Source: Mucisphaera calidilacus
GTDB lineage: Bacteria; Planctomycetota; Phycisphaerae; Phycisphaerales; Phycisphaeraceae
Length of the DNA: 32,000 nucleotides
Assembly: GCF_007748075.1 (NCBI RefSeq)
Contig: NZ_CP036280.1
Span: 570,001 to 602,000 of the forward strand
Direction of reading: 5' to 3'
Shown here: one piece after another, positions 9,042-16,914 of the stretch
Layout of the letters: every line of letters begins with the position of its first letter
Position numbering within the stretch: position 1 is the stretch's first letter
The notes under the pieces: generated by a model
Seen by the model: the letters and a program-made list of their open reading frames with translations, nothing else
Database searches by the model: none
Told to the model about the DNA's origin: nothing
Translations under genes and position numbers: made by a program

Positions 9042-10421
9042 CTACTCCCAGATAACCCGCGTGAACTCGTTGTGAAGCGGGTCGCCGATCGACGACATCC
9101 ACGAACCCATCCCCGCACGAAGCCGCCGCAGCGGCTCCGCGCACGACGCGTCATCGATCCGGTTCACCAGCTCGCCCGGGTCCGCGTCCAGGTCGTAGAA
9201 CTCGTCCTGCGCCGTCGCGTTCCAGACGTACTTCCAACGCTTGTCCCGCGCCATCCGCTCGCTGTACAGGCCGAACTGACAACCCTGATACTGGCTGAAG
9301 GCCATCTCACGCTCCGCCACCTCGCCACGCAGCAGCTTCGACAGGTCCACGCCCTCGTAGTGCTCCGGCACGTCGATGCCCGCAGCGACCAGCAGACTCG
9401 TCGCCAGGTCCAGCTCGTGGTGCACGAACGCGTCGCACACCCGACCCGGCTCGGTCACGCCCGGCCAACGCATCATCATCGGCACGCGCAGCACGTCGTC
9501 GTACATCATGAAGTGCTTGTCCATCATGCCGTGCCCGCCGCACAGGTCGCCATGGTCCGTCGAGTAGACCACCACCGTGTTCTCGGCCAGACCCAGACGG
9601 TCCAGCGTCTCGAGAATCATCTCGACCTGCCGGTCCAGCAGCGTGATGTCCGCCAGGTACCGGCTCACCACCGGCGCCCAGTGCTCCCACGACCACCCGT
9701 CGACGCCCCAGATCCGCTGCTGACGACCCTGCACCCACGGCTTGCCCGCCAACCCGTCCGCAAAACTCGGCCACGGCTCGATCTTCTCCGGCGGGTACAG
9801 GTCCTTCATCGCCGGCGGGATCATGTTCGGCAGGTGCGGCTCCGACGGGTCCCAACGCACGAAAAACGGCGCGTCACGCTCCGAAAACTTCTCGATGCAA
9901 CGAACCGCGTGACGACCACCCCACGCCACCCGGTGCTGCTCCGGCGTGATCGCCTCGTCAATCTCACCGAACCACCCGTTCTTCCGCACACGCTCCGGCA
10001 GACCCTGCTCCGCACGCCACGCGTCGTACCCACGCTCCTCCGGGATGTACTCCTCCATCCCCCAGCTGTCCGGCTCGCCGGGCGTCTCGCCATGCCACTT
10101 GCCGATGTGCGCCGTGCTGTATCCCGCCTCCACCAGCAACTTCGGCATCAGCGGGCCCTCCGGCTTGTCGATCGGTCGGTAGATCTCCGTCGGCGGGATG
10201 CTCATGCACCCGTGCTGCGTCGGCCACTGCCCCGTGATCAGACACCCGCGCGCCGGCGAACAGATCGGCGCCGGCGTGAACGCGTGCGAAAAATCCACAC
10301 CCTCCCGGCACAACCGGTCCATCCCAGGCGTCTGCAACAGGCCGTGCCCGTGCGCGCCCACACAGTCATAACGATGCTGATCCGAGTGAATCAACACGAT
10401 ATTCATACGCTCGCCCGGCAT
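9042..10421 (-). CDS. sulfatase (C-S-P-A-R type), no signal peptide
   Basis: 'MNIVLIHSDQHRYD', 'PAPICSPARGCLITGQWP' and 'VVYSTDHGDLCGGHG'. I prefer the start at 10421 (MPGERMNIV...), which has GAGAGG 7 nt upstream. The 10472 start would overlap the upstream gene. Confidence 0.9.
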   Translation of the reverse strand: MPGERMNIVLIHSDQHRYDCVGAHGHGLLQTPGMDRLCREGVDFSHAFTPAPICSPARGCLITGQWPTQHGCMSIPPTEIYRPIDKPEGPLMPKLLVEAGYSTAHIGKWHGETPGEPDSWGMEEYIPEERGYDAWRAEQGLPERVRKNGWFGEIDEAITPEQHRVAWGGRHAVRCIEKFSERDAPFFVRWDPSEPHLPNMIPPAMKDLYPPEKIEPWPSFADGLAGKPWVQGRQQRIWGVDGWSWEHWAPVVSRYLADITLLDRQVEMILETLDRLGLAENTVVVYSTDHGDLCGGHGMMDKHFMMYDDVLRVPMMMRWPGVTEPGRVCDAFVHHELDLATSLLVAAGIDVPEHYEGVDLSKLLRGEVAEREMAFSQYQGCQFGLYSERMARDKRWKYVWNATAQDEFYDLDADPGELVNRIDDASCAEPLRRLRAGMGSWMSSIGDPLHNEFTRVIWE

Positions 10422-10431
10422 CACAAACCTC

Positions 10432-12180
10432 TCAATCCTGCGCGGCCAACAACCGAACCCGTGCGACGCCATGGTTCGGCGACTCGCACTCCTTCAACTC
10501 ATAAAGATAAACATCCTCCGGCGACTGTGTCGGCCAGCGGAACGTCGTCTTCGGGTCCACCTCACGGTCCGACTTGAGAATCACACGGTGACCCTCGCCC
10601 GAACCCGGCAACCCCAGCAGGTGATCCACCTGACCCGATGTCACAAAACCACCCTCAACCGAGGCGCTCACCCCGACGTCCTCGTCACGATGGCGGTGCG
10701 TCAGCAGCCACGGCCCCAGGAACAGGTTCACCTCGTCCCCCGCTCTCGCCGTCTTCATCCAGCGAGGCGCCACGCCCCGCGACGCTGGCCAGATCCGATA
10801 TCCGTAACGCACCGTCACCACGCCCTCGCCCGCCACCTTCAATTCCGTCCAGTAGATCTCATCACCCCCCGCGTCCGGCTGACCCTCCAGCTTCATCCAG
10901 AAAGGCGTCGCGATCCGGATCGACCGAATCGTCACGCCGCCCTTGAGCACGATCCGCAACTCGCCCACGTGATCGTCGCGCTCGATCACCACCTGCTGCT
11001 CGCCGAACACAAACGTCCCGCTCACCGGGTGCAGGATCGTCAGCGTCTCGCCGTCGCACCGAACCATCTGCCCCGCGCCCGCGATCAGGCCATACGGACC
11101 AAACAGCGAGCAGCACCACGGCGCTTCCTTGCCCATCTGCGCGTAATACCCCTCGAGGTCCACGCTCCCGAAACCCCCGTTGTAGGTCTGGTTGTAGAAA
11201 ATCTGGTTCTCGAGGTTCAGGATCGAACGACGCAGCCACCGCTCATGGCCCGTCGCGTCGTACATGCCGAGCGTCAGCAGGTGCCAGTCAAACAGCGAGC
11301 ACCCCTCGTCAACCAGCTCCCAGGTCTCGTCCGGCTTCACCAGCCGCTCGGGAATACCACCCGTCTCCATCACCCACAGGTCATGGAACCGATCCAACTC
11401 CGACGCCAAATCGTCAATCGCCGCCTTGTCGCCTCGCTCGCGGTAGTACGCCAGCATCCCGCGACGCGTCATCAGATACATATGCGAGTGATCCGCCTCC
11501 TCCAGTGGCGTCACGTGCTCAATCATCTCACCCGCCAGCGACAGGTAACGCTCGTCACCCGTCAGCCGGTAAAGCGTCATCACACCGTCCAGGCCGTGAT
11601 AGAAACAGCTCACCGTCGAGGCGTACCCCCGCGAGATCGTCTCGCCCTGATCCCACGCGTGCCACGCCGGCGCGATCCGCAGGTAGCACTCACCCAACGC
11701 CTTGACCGCCTCCGTCACCGCCGGGTCGCCGAACGTCAACGCGTACTGCCCCAACGCCTTGAGCGTCCACCCATTGCCGTACGCCTTCTCCGGGTTCAGC
11801 GGCTCGTCATCCCACGCCAGCGAACCAAAACTCCCGTCCTGGTTCTGCAGCTTCAGCATCCCCGCCACCACACCCGCCAGGTGCTCGGGAGGCGACGCCT
11901 CCCCGCTGTACACATGCGTCTCCGCCAGGATCCACCGGCCCGCGATGTCACCATGAAACCGCGGGAAATTCGACCAGCACCCCGGCTCCGCACACACCTG
12001 CGTCAGCAGATATTGCTCGCAGTAGGGCACCTGGCTCTCGATCCGGTCGATCGACCGCCCCAGCCGATACCCCATCTCGCCGCTCAACTGAAATCGCGTC
12101 GGGCTCCCCTTCGGCATGGCCAGGGAGCTCGTGCCGAACCAGAGCGTCGGGGCGTGCGTGATATCGCGGATACTCTTCAT
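10432..12180 (-). CDS. GH127/DUF1680-like glycoside hydrolase (beta-L-arabinofuranosidase / 3,6-anhydro-D-galactosidase family), no signal peptide
   Basis: 'LVDEGCSLFDW' (E-x-C) and, 62 aa later, 'APWCCSLFGP' (C-C) reproduce the Glu/Cys3 zinc and nucleophile arrangement I recall for HypBA1. The (alpha/alpha)6-like N-half includes 'GDIAGRWILAE'. I prefer the start at ATG 12180 (MKSIRD...). The 12240 start would run into the promoter region. Confidence 0.65.
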   Translation of the reverse strand: MKSIRDITHAPTLWFGTSSLAMPKGSPTRFQLSGEMGYRLGRSIDRIESQVPYCEQYLLTQVCAEPGCWSNFPRFHGDIAGRWILAETHVYSGEASPPEHLAGVVAGMLKLQNQDGSFGSLAWDDEPLNPEKAYGNGWTLKALGQYALTFGDPAVTEAVKALGECYLRIAPAWHAWDQGETISRGYASTVSCFYHGLDGVMTLYRLTGDERYLSLAGEMIEHVTPLEEADHSHMYLMTRRGMLAYYRERGDKAAIDDLASELDRFHDLWVMETGGIPERLVKPDETWELVDEGCSLFDWHLLTLGMYDATGHERWLRRSILNLENQIFYNQTYNGGFGSVDLEGYYAQMGKEAPWCCSLFGPYGLIAGAGQMVRCDGETLTILHPVSGTFVFGEQQVVIERDDHVGELRIVLKGGVTIRSIRIATPFWMKLEGQPDAGGDEIYWTELKVAGEGVVTVRYGYRIWPASRGVAPRWMKTARAGDEVNLFLGPWLLTHRHRDEDVGVSASVEGGFVTSGQVDHLLGLPGSGEGHRVILKSDREVDPKTTFRWPTQSPEDVYLYELKECESPNHGVARVRLLAAQD

Positions 12181-12208
12181 CGATGAAAACCTCTGTCTGA
12201 AAGGAAGG

Positions 12209-12362
12209 CAGATACACCCGACCCATGCCGGATCTGACACAAACCAGATTCTATGTCATAAGTCAGATCGCGTGTATCCCCCGTTTCCCCGTAGATACGC
12301 CGCAGATCTCGAACAGATATAAAACGCTGCAGAGCAGATCGTTGAATGCAATAGCATCAGAT
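12209..12362 (+). repeat. array of seven same-strand CAGAT(C/A/T/G) pentamers in the divergent GH127 / GH38 control region
   Basis: CAGAT starts at 12209, 12245, 12264, 12303, 12314, 12335 and 12358. Opposite-strand copies (ATCTG) lie at 12232-12236 and 12460-12464. Confidence 0.6.
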
Positions 12363-12624
12363 GTGTCCCGCATCGCATCCCCAGCGGCCATCCCACGCGA
12401 TCCTCCTCCCTCCCGCCTCGCGTGTCCCTCGCCCGAAACTCTCTGTCCACATTCCTTGCATCTGTCCTAAGTCAGGGGTATGCTCACCCCTCTGGAGTCA
12501 TCATGTTTTTTGTCGTCTCACGGCCTGACAGTCCATCCGAACAGACCGACCTGCCCCCGATCGCGGCCCCTGGCCGCATCAGCACCGCTCTGGTCACGAT
12601 GAGCCCGTCCGGCGAGGACCCCTC

Positions 12625-15447
12625 ATGGGCGTAAAAACACCCCCTAAACCCATCGCCTGGCCCACCTACACGCCTCAGCGGCTCTCATCCTCCGCACAGA
12701 AGGCCGCCCTCTACGTCCTCTCAAGCCACTGGGACCGTGAGTGGTACCAGACCTTCGAAACCTTCCGCTACCGCCTCGTCAACCTCCTCGACGACGTCCT
12801 CGCCCGCCAGGACAGCGGAGAGATCGACGGACCCTTCTACTGCGACGGACAGGCCATCATCCTCGAGGATTACCTCGATATCCGGCCCGATGAACGCCAA
12901 CGCATCGCCGCACGCCTCCAGAACCGACAACTCGTCGCGGGGCCCTGGTACGTCCTGCCCGACGAGTTCCTCGTCTCCGGCGAATCCCTCATCCGCAACA
13001 TCCAGATCGGTCGCGAACTCGTCGAATCCCTCGGCGGACGCCCCTCCGACTGCGGTTTCCTCTGCGACCTCTTCGGCAGCAACGCCCAGATGCCCCAACT
13101 CCTCAAGGCCTTCGGCATCGAGGTCGCCTACGTCTGGCGCGGCACCAACCACCACGACCAGAGACTCCTCTGGTGGGTCGGCGCCGACGGCACACGCATC
13201 CCCAGCTACCGCTTCGGAACCAATGGCTACTGGGGATACGCCGTCAACGTCCGCGGCCACTGCGACCACGAAGATCACATCGAAGCCGAAAAGACCCTCC
13301 CCGAGCGATTCTGGGAGTACGTCGAAAAAGAAGCCGCCGCCACACCGATCGACGCCGTCCTCGTCTTCGACGGCGCCGACCACGCCGGCTTCGACCCCCA
13401 TGCCTATAGCCAACTCAAAGCCCTCGCCGGCTCCGAGCACGGCCACGACTACGACATATGCCACGTCGAACTCGACGACCACGCCGCCGAGATCCTCCGC
13501 CACACCGACCGCATCACCACCGAGGTCCACGGCGAGCTCTACGAGTCAGCCAAACACCCCTTCGACCTCGACCAGCAGGCACTCGTCGGCGGAACCCTCG
13601 CCAGCCGCATCCACATCAAACAGTTCAACGCACGCTGCGAATGGCTCCTCACACGCTGGGCCGAGCCCGCAGCGACCCTCGCCACATGCCGCCTGGGCGA
13701 CCGCTACCCCGCCGACTTCCTCAAACGCGCCTGGAAACACCTCATCCAGAACCACCCCCACGACTCCATCTGCGGGTGCAGCATCGACCGCGTTCACGAG
13801 GACATGATCTACCGCTTCAACCAGTGCGAGGACCTTGCCGAGCAGGTCACCCAGAACGCACTCCGCCACCTCGCCGAGGCCGCCGTCGGCAGTCCGGGCG
13901 TCCCCGAAGACGAAACACGCATCGTCGTCTTCAACCCACTGCCCGAAACACTCTCGGCCGTCGTCGACGTCGACGCCCTTATCCCCGACTGGAAACAACC
14001 GCCCAACGGCGGACAACCCGCCAAAGAACGGGGCCTCCCCGCGACCCCTCACGACGAACAAGGCAACCCCATCCCCTTCCAGGCGCGAAGCCTCTCGCCA
14101 ATCACCCTTCAACTCGAAACCCACAAGCACCGCGCCCCACGCTCTTACGAGGCACGCACGCTCGGACTCAGCATGCCCCTCGAACTCCCGCCCCTCGGCT
14201 GGAAAACGATCAGCCTCCGCAAGGCCAACGTCCACTGGATCCGCACCCCACGCTCCGAATCCCTCGTCCACGACGAACGAACCCTCCAGAACCAGCACCT
14301 CACCCTCAACGTCCAGTCCGACGGCACCCTCTCACTCACCGACCGCAAGACCAACGCCACCTACAACCGCCTGCTCACCCTCGAAGACGGCGCCGACGTC
14401 GGCGACGGCTGGCGCTACATCGCCCCCGCCAACGACACCGTCTCCTACACAGGCGGCAACTGCACCGGCATTACCGTCCTCGACGACGGACCCCACCTCG
14501 GACGCATCGAGATCCGCTGCCAACTCATCGTCCCCGCTCGCTACGACCGCGAGACCGCCGAACGGTCCCAACGCACCGTCACCATCGACGTCACCCACCG
14601 CGTCGCCCTCCGCGCCGACGCCCGACATGTCGAGGTCGAAACCACCATCAACAACACCGCCGAAGACCACCGCCTCCGCGTCCTCTGCCCCGTTGAAGCC
14701 CGCACCGACCACTACTGGACCGACGCACCCTTCGACACCGCGCGACGACCGATCGCGCTCAAGCCCGATCAGCACACCTGGCGCGAGCCCGAACTCGAAA
14801 CCAAGCCGCAGCAGGCATGGACCGCCGTCGCCGACGCCAACCGGGGGCTCGCCCTCGTGGCCGAGGGACTCCGCGAAACCGCCGTCCTCGACCGGCCCGA
14901 CCGCGCCATCGCCCTCACCCTCCTCCGCGCCACCCAAAAAACCGCCTTCACCAGCGGCGAACCCGGCGGCCAGCTCCCCGGCGAACACACCTTCCGCTAC
15001 TGGATCACCCCCGCCGAAGAAAAACCCGACGCCGCCGAGCTCCACAACCTCGCCACCCTCCTCAACGCTCGCGTCCGCTCCGTCAGCCTCCTGCCCGGCA
15101 TCCACGCCCGGGGCAGCGGATACCCCGTCGGCCCCGACACGTCGCCTACCGCCCCAGGCATCGCCATCACGGGGCCCGCACGACTCTCAGCCCTCCAGGT
15201 CCGCGGCGACGAACTCGAAATCCGCCTCTTCAACCCCCTCGACACGCCCGCCTCCGGCACCATCCAGCTCCCCGAACCGCAGAAAAACCCGGGGCAGCCG
15301 CCCGCGGCACGCTCCGTCTCGCTCACAGGCACCACCCTCGAACCCATCGACGTCGAACAGGGCCGCATCGCCATCGAACTCAGCCCCAAACAGATCATCA
15401 CCCTCCGTGTCACCGGCCTCATCCAGAACCCTGTGCACAGCAATTGA
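12625..15447 (+). CDS. GH38 alpha-mannosidase family protein, no signal peptide
   Basis: 'YVLSSHWDREWYQTF', 'GPWYVLPDEFLVSGESLIRNIQIG' and 'NHPHDSICGCS' are typical GH38 N-domain/linker motifs. 940 aa. A GAGG Shine-Dalgarno sequence lies 7 nt upstream. Confidence 0.85.
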   Translation: MGVKTPPKPIAWPTYTPQRLSSSAQKAALYVLSSHWDREWYQTFETFRYRLVNLLDDVLARQDSGEIDGPFYCDGQAIILEDYLDIRPDERQRIAARLQNRQLVAGPWYVLPDEFLVSGESLIRNIQIGRELVESLGGRPSDCGFLCDLFGSNAQMPQLLKAFGIEVAYVWRGTNHHDQRLLWWVGADGTRIPSYRFGTNGYWGYAVNVRGHCDHEDHIEAEKTLPERFWEYVEKEAAATPIDAVLVFDGADHAGFDPHAYSQLKALAGSEHGHDYDICHVELDDHAAEILRHTDRITTEVHGELYESAKHPFDLDQQALVGGTLASRIHIKQFNARCEWLLTRWAEPAATLATCRLGDRYPADFLKRAWKHLIQNHPHDSICGCSIDRVHEDMIYRFNQCEDLAEQVTQNALRHLAEAAVGSPGVPEDETRIVVFNPLPETLSAVVDVDALIPDWKQPPNGGQPAKERGLPATPHDEQGNPIPFQARSLSPITLQLETHKHRAPRSYEARTLGLSMPLELPPLGWKTISLRKANVHWIRTPRSESLVHDERTLQNQHLTLNVQSDGTLSLTDRKTNATYNRLLTLEDGADVGDGWRYIAPANDTVSYTGGNCTGITVLDDGPHLGRIEIRCQLIVPARYDRETAERSQRTVTIDVTHRVALRADARHVEVETTINNTAEDHRLRVLCPVEARTDHYWTDAPFDTARRPIALKPDQHTWREPELETKPQQAWTAVADANRGLALVAEGLRETAVLDRPDRAIALTLLRATQKTAFTSGEPGGQLPGEHTFRYWITPAEEKPDAAELHNLATLLNARVRSVSLLPGIHARGSGYPVGPDTSPTAPGIAITGPARLSALQVRGDELEIRLFNPLDTPASGTIQLPEPQKNPGQPPAARSVSLTGTTLEPIDVEQGRIAIELSPKQIITLRVTGLIQNPVHSN

Positions 15448-15646
15448 CCATGACAGATGCACAGTCACACAGCCTTGAGCGGGTTAGACTCCCGGCCTGA
15501 CACAGACAGTTTTATCGAATCGCGAATCGTCTATAAACGCTTTATAAGAAAGGTATAAGACAAATACGGCGAAACATGCCCCGGGCAGGCCTGTCCTGAT
15601 ATGCCTGCTGAAAGGGCCAGAATTCACGCGAATACGTGAAAATGAG

Positions 15647-15674
15647 TTGACAACGCCGCCATCTGCCTTATAAC
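15647..15674 (+). promoter_or_regulatory. sigma70-like promoter of regulator 1: TTGACA-16 nt-TATAAC, with the -10 ending 6 nt before the ATG
   Basis: TTGACA at 15647-15652 and TATAAC at 15669-15674, with the ATG at 15681 and no Shine-Dalgarno sequence. ATCTG (15661-15665) and CAGAT (15674-15678) bracket the -10 as an inverted pair. Confidence 0.5.
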
Positions 15675-15680
15675 AGATAT

Positions 15681-16814
15681 ATGAGCCTGCTGGAACTCAA
15701 CAACAACTCCGACACGCCCCTCGTGCAGCAGATTCAGACGAATCTCCGCTCACGCATCCTGCGTGACGAGTTCCCCCCCGGCTACAAGCTCCCCAGCATC
15801 CGCCAGCTCAGCCATGACCTCGGCTGCTCCACCGGCATCGTCGAACGCGCTGTCTCCACACTCACCGCCGAGGGCCTGCTCAAGTCCGAGCCCCGACGAG
15901 GTGTCTACGTCCGCAAGCCCCGCGAAAAACGCGTCAAGTCCAAGGACATCGCCCTCATCCTCCCCGGACTCCGGCTCGAGCACATGGCCAGCATGAGCGG
16001 AGGCGTCCACGCAGCCCTCGCCGGGTCCGACTACCGACTCATCATCCAGTCCGCCGACAACGACTTCGACGACGAAATCCACCTCCTCGAATACCTCGCC
16101 CACGACAACCTCGTCGGCGTCGTCATCTGCCCGCCCACCGCCGACTCCTACGCCGAGCCCATCAAGGAGTTCGTCAGCCGACGCGAGATCCCCCTCGTCC
16201 TCGCCACGCACCGGCTCGTCGGCCTCTCCAGCGTCGACGCCGTCGCCATCGACGAGTTCGAGCACGGCCGCGCCGCCGTCGACTACCTGCTCAGCAAAGG
16301 ACACCGCGAGATCGCCCTCATCGGGGGACACGGGCTCTCCCTCTCCAGCCGGCAGACCCTCGAGGGCATCGCCGCGGGCCTCCGACGATACCGCCTCGCC
16401 ATGTCCGACCTCCACAAGATCGACGTCGACGTCCTCGACCTCAACGACGAAGAGCCCTGGCTCAACGGACAGGTCAGCACCGAACGGTTCCTGCGCGAAC
16501 ACAACCCGGGCATCACCGCCATCCTCTCGCTCGGCAACTACAGCACCATCGGCGCCTACCGCGCCGTCCAGAGCCTCGGCCTCAGCATCCCCGACGATAT
16601 CTCCATCCTCAGCACCGGAAGCGACCTCCAGGCCTTCGCCCTGCTCCAGCCCAGCATCACCGTCTTCACCGACCAGCTCCACGCCACCTGCGAGCGGGCC
16701 ACCTTCCGACTCCTCCAACGCATCGAAAACCCCGGCATGCAGCCCGAGGCCATCCAGATACCGCCACAGCTCATCGAACGCGAAAGCGTTCGGAAGATTC
16801 CCGTCTCGAAGTAA
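15681..16814 (+). CDS. AraR-type chimeric regulator (GntR winged-HTH + LacI/PBP1 sugar-binding domain), copy 1
   Basis: N-terminus 'LPSIRQLSHDLGCSTGIVERAVSTLTAEGLLKSEPRRGVYV' is a GntR HTH. The remainder ('DIALILPG...VGVVICPP...IPLVLA...GHREIALIGG') is a LacI-type periplasmic-binding fold. Confidence 0.85.
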   Translation: MSLLELNNNSDTPLVQQIQTNLRSRILRDEFPPGYKLPSIRQLSHDLGCSTGIVERAVSTLTAEGLLKSEPRRGVYVRKPREKRVKSKDIALILPGLRLEHMASMSGGVHAALAGSDYRLIIQSADNDFDDEIHLLEYLAHDNLVGVVICPPTADSYAEPIKEFVSRREIPLVLATHRLVGLSSVDAVAIDEFEHGRAAVDYLLSKGHREIALIGGHGLSLSSRQTLEGIAAGLRRYRLAMSDLHKIDVDVLDLNDEEPWLNGQVSTERFLREHNPGITAILSLGNYSTIGAYRAVQSLGLSIPDDISILSTGSDLQAFALLQPSITVFTDQLHATCERATFRLLQRIENPGMQPEAIQIPPQLIERESVRKIPVSK

Positions 16815-16914
16815 GTCAACAGGCGGTTCCCGTGTCTCGCCGCCTGATCGGTTCCCGTCAACAAGAACGTTTCGTCTCAACGAATCAACCACAGCATCGA
16901 GAAGGCTCATCATC

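Noticed and set aside
7968-10577. 869-aa + strand ORF antisense to two sulfatase genes
   Set aside because: The minus-strand frames carry unmistakable sulfatase signatures (CSPSR, CSPAR, DHG). The + frame is an Arg/His/Pro-rich shadow.
12231-12340. Cluster of GATC sites (12231, 12266, 12305, 12337) as a possible Dam-dependent phase-variation switch
   Set aside because: The GATCs are explained by the CAGATC version of the repeated pentamer. GATC is common throughout this GC-rich sequence. There is no evidence here for a Dam methylase or Lrp/OxyR-type switch.
15514-15565. Tandem GAATCG-c-GAATCG, TATAAA-cgc-TTTATA palindrome and TATAAGA x2 in the AT-rich block upstream of regulator 1
   Set aside because: These are real short repeats, but too short and too AT-biased to separate from chance in a promoter-type low-GC island. 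They are not shared convincingly with other regions (only a 1-nt-shifted ATAAA(A)CGCT at 12318). I treat them as possible UP-element/IHF-type DNA and make no call.
16822-16860. AGGCGG...CCGCCT hairpin and CGGTTCCCGT direct repeat after regulator 1 as a terminator
   Set aside because: It has only a 6-bp stem with a 13-nt loop and no U-tract, so it is not convincing. Regulator 1 may read through into the pseudopilin gene.
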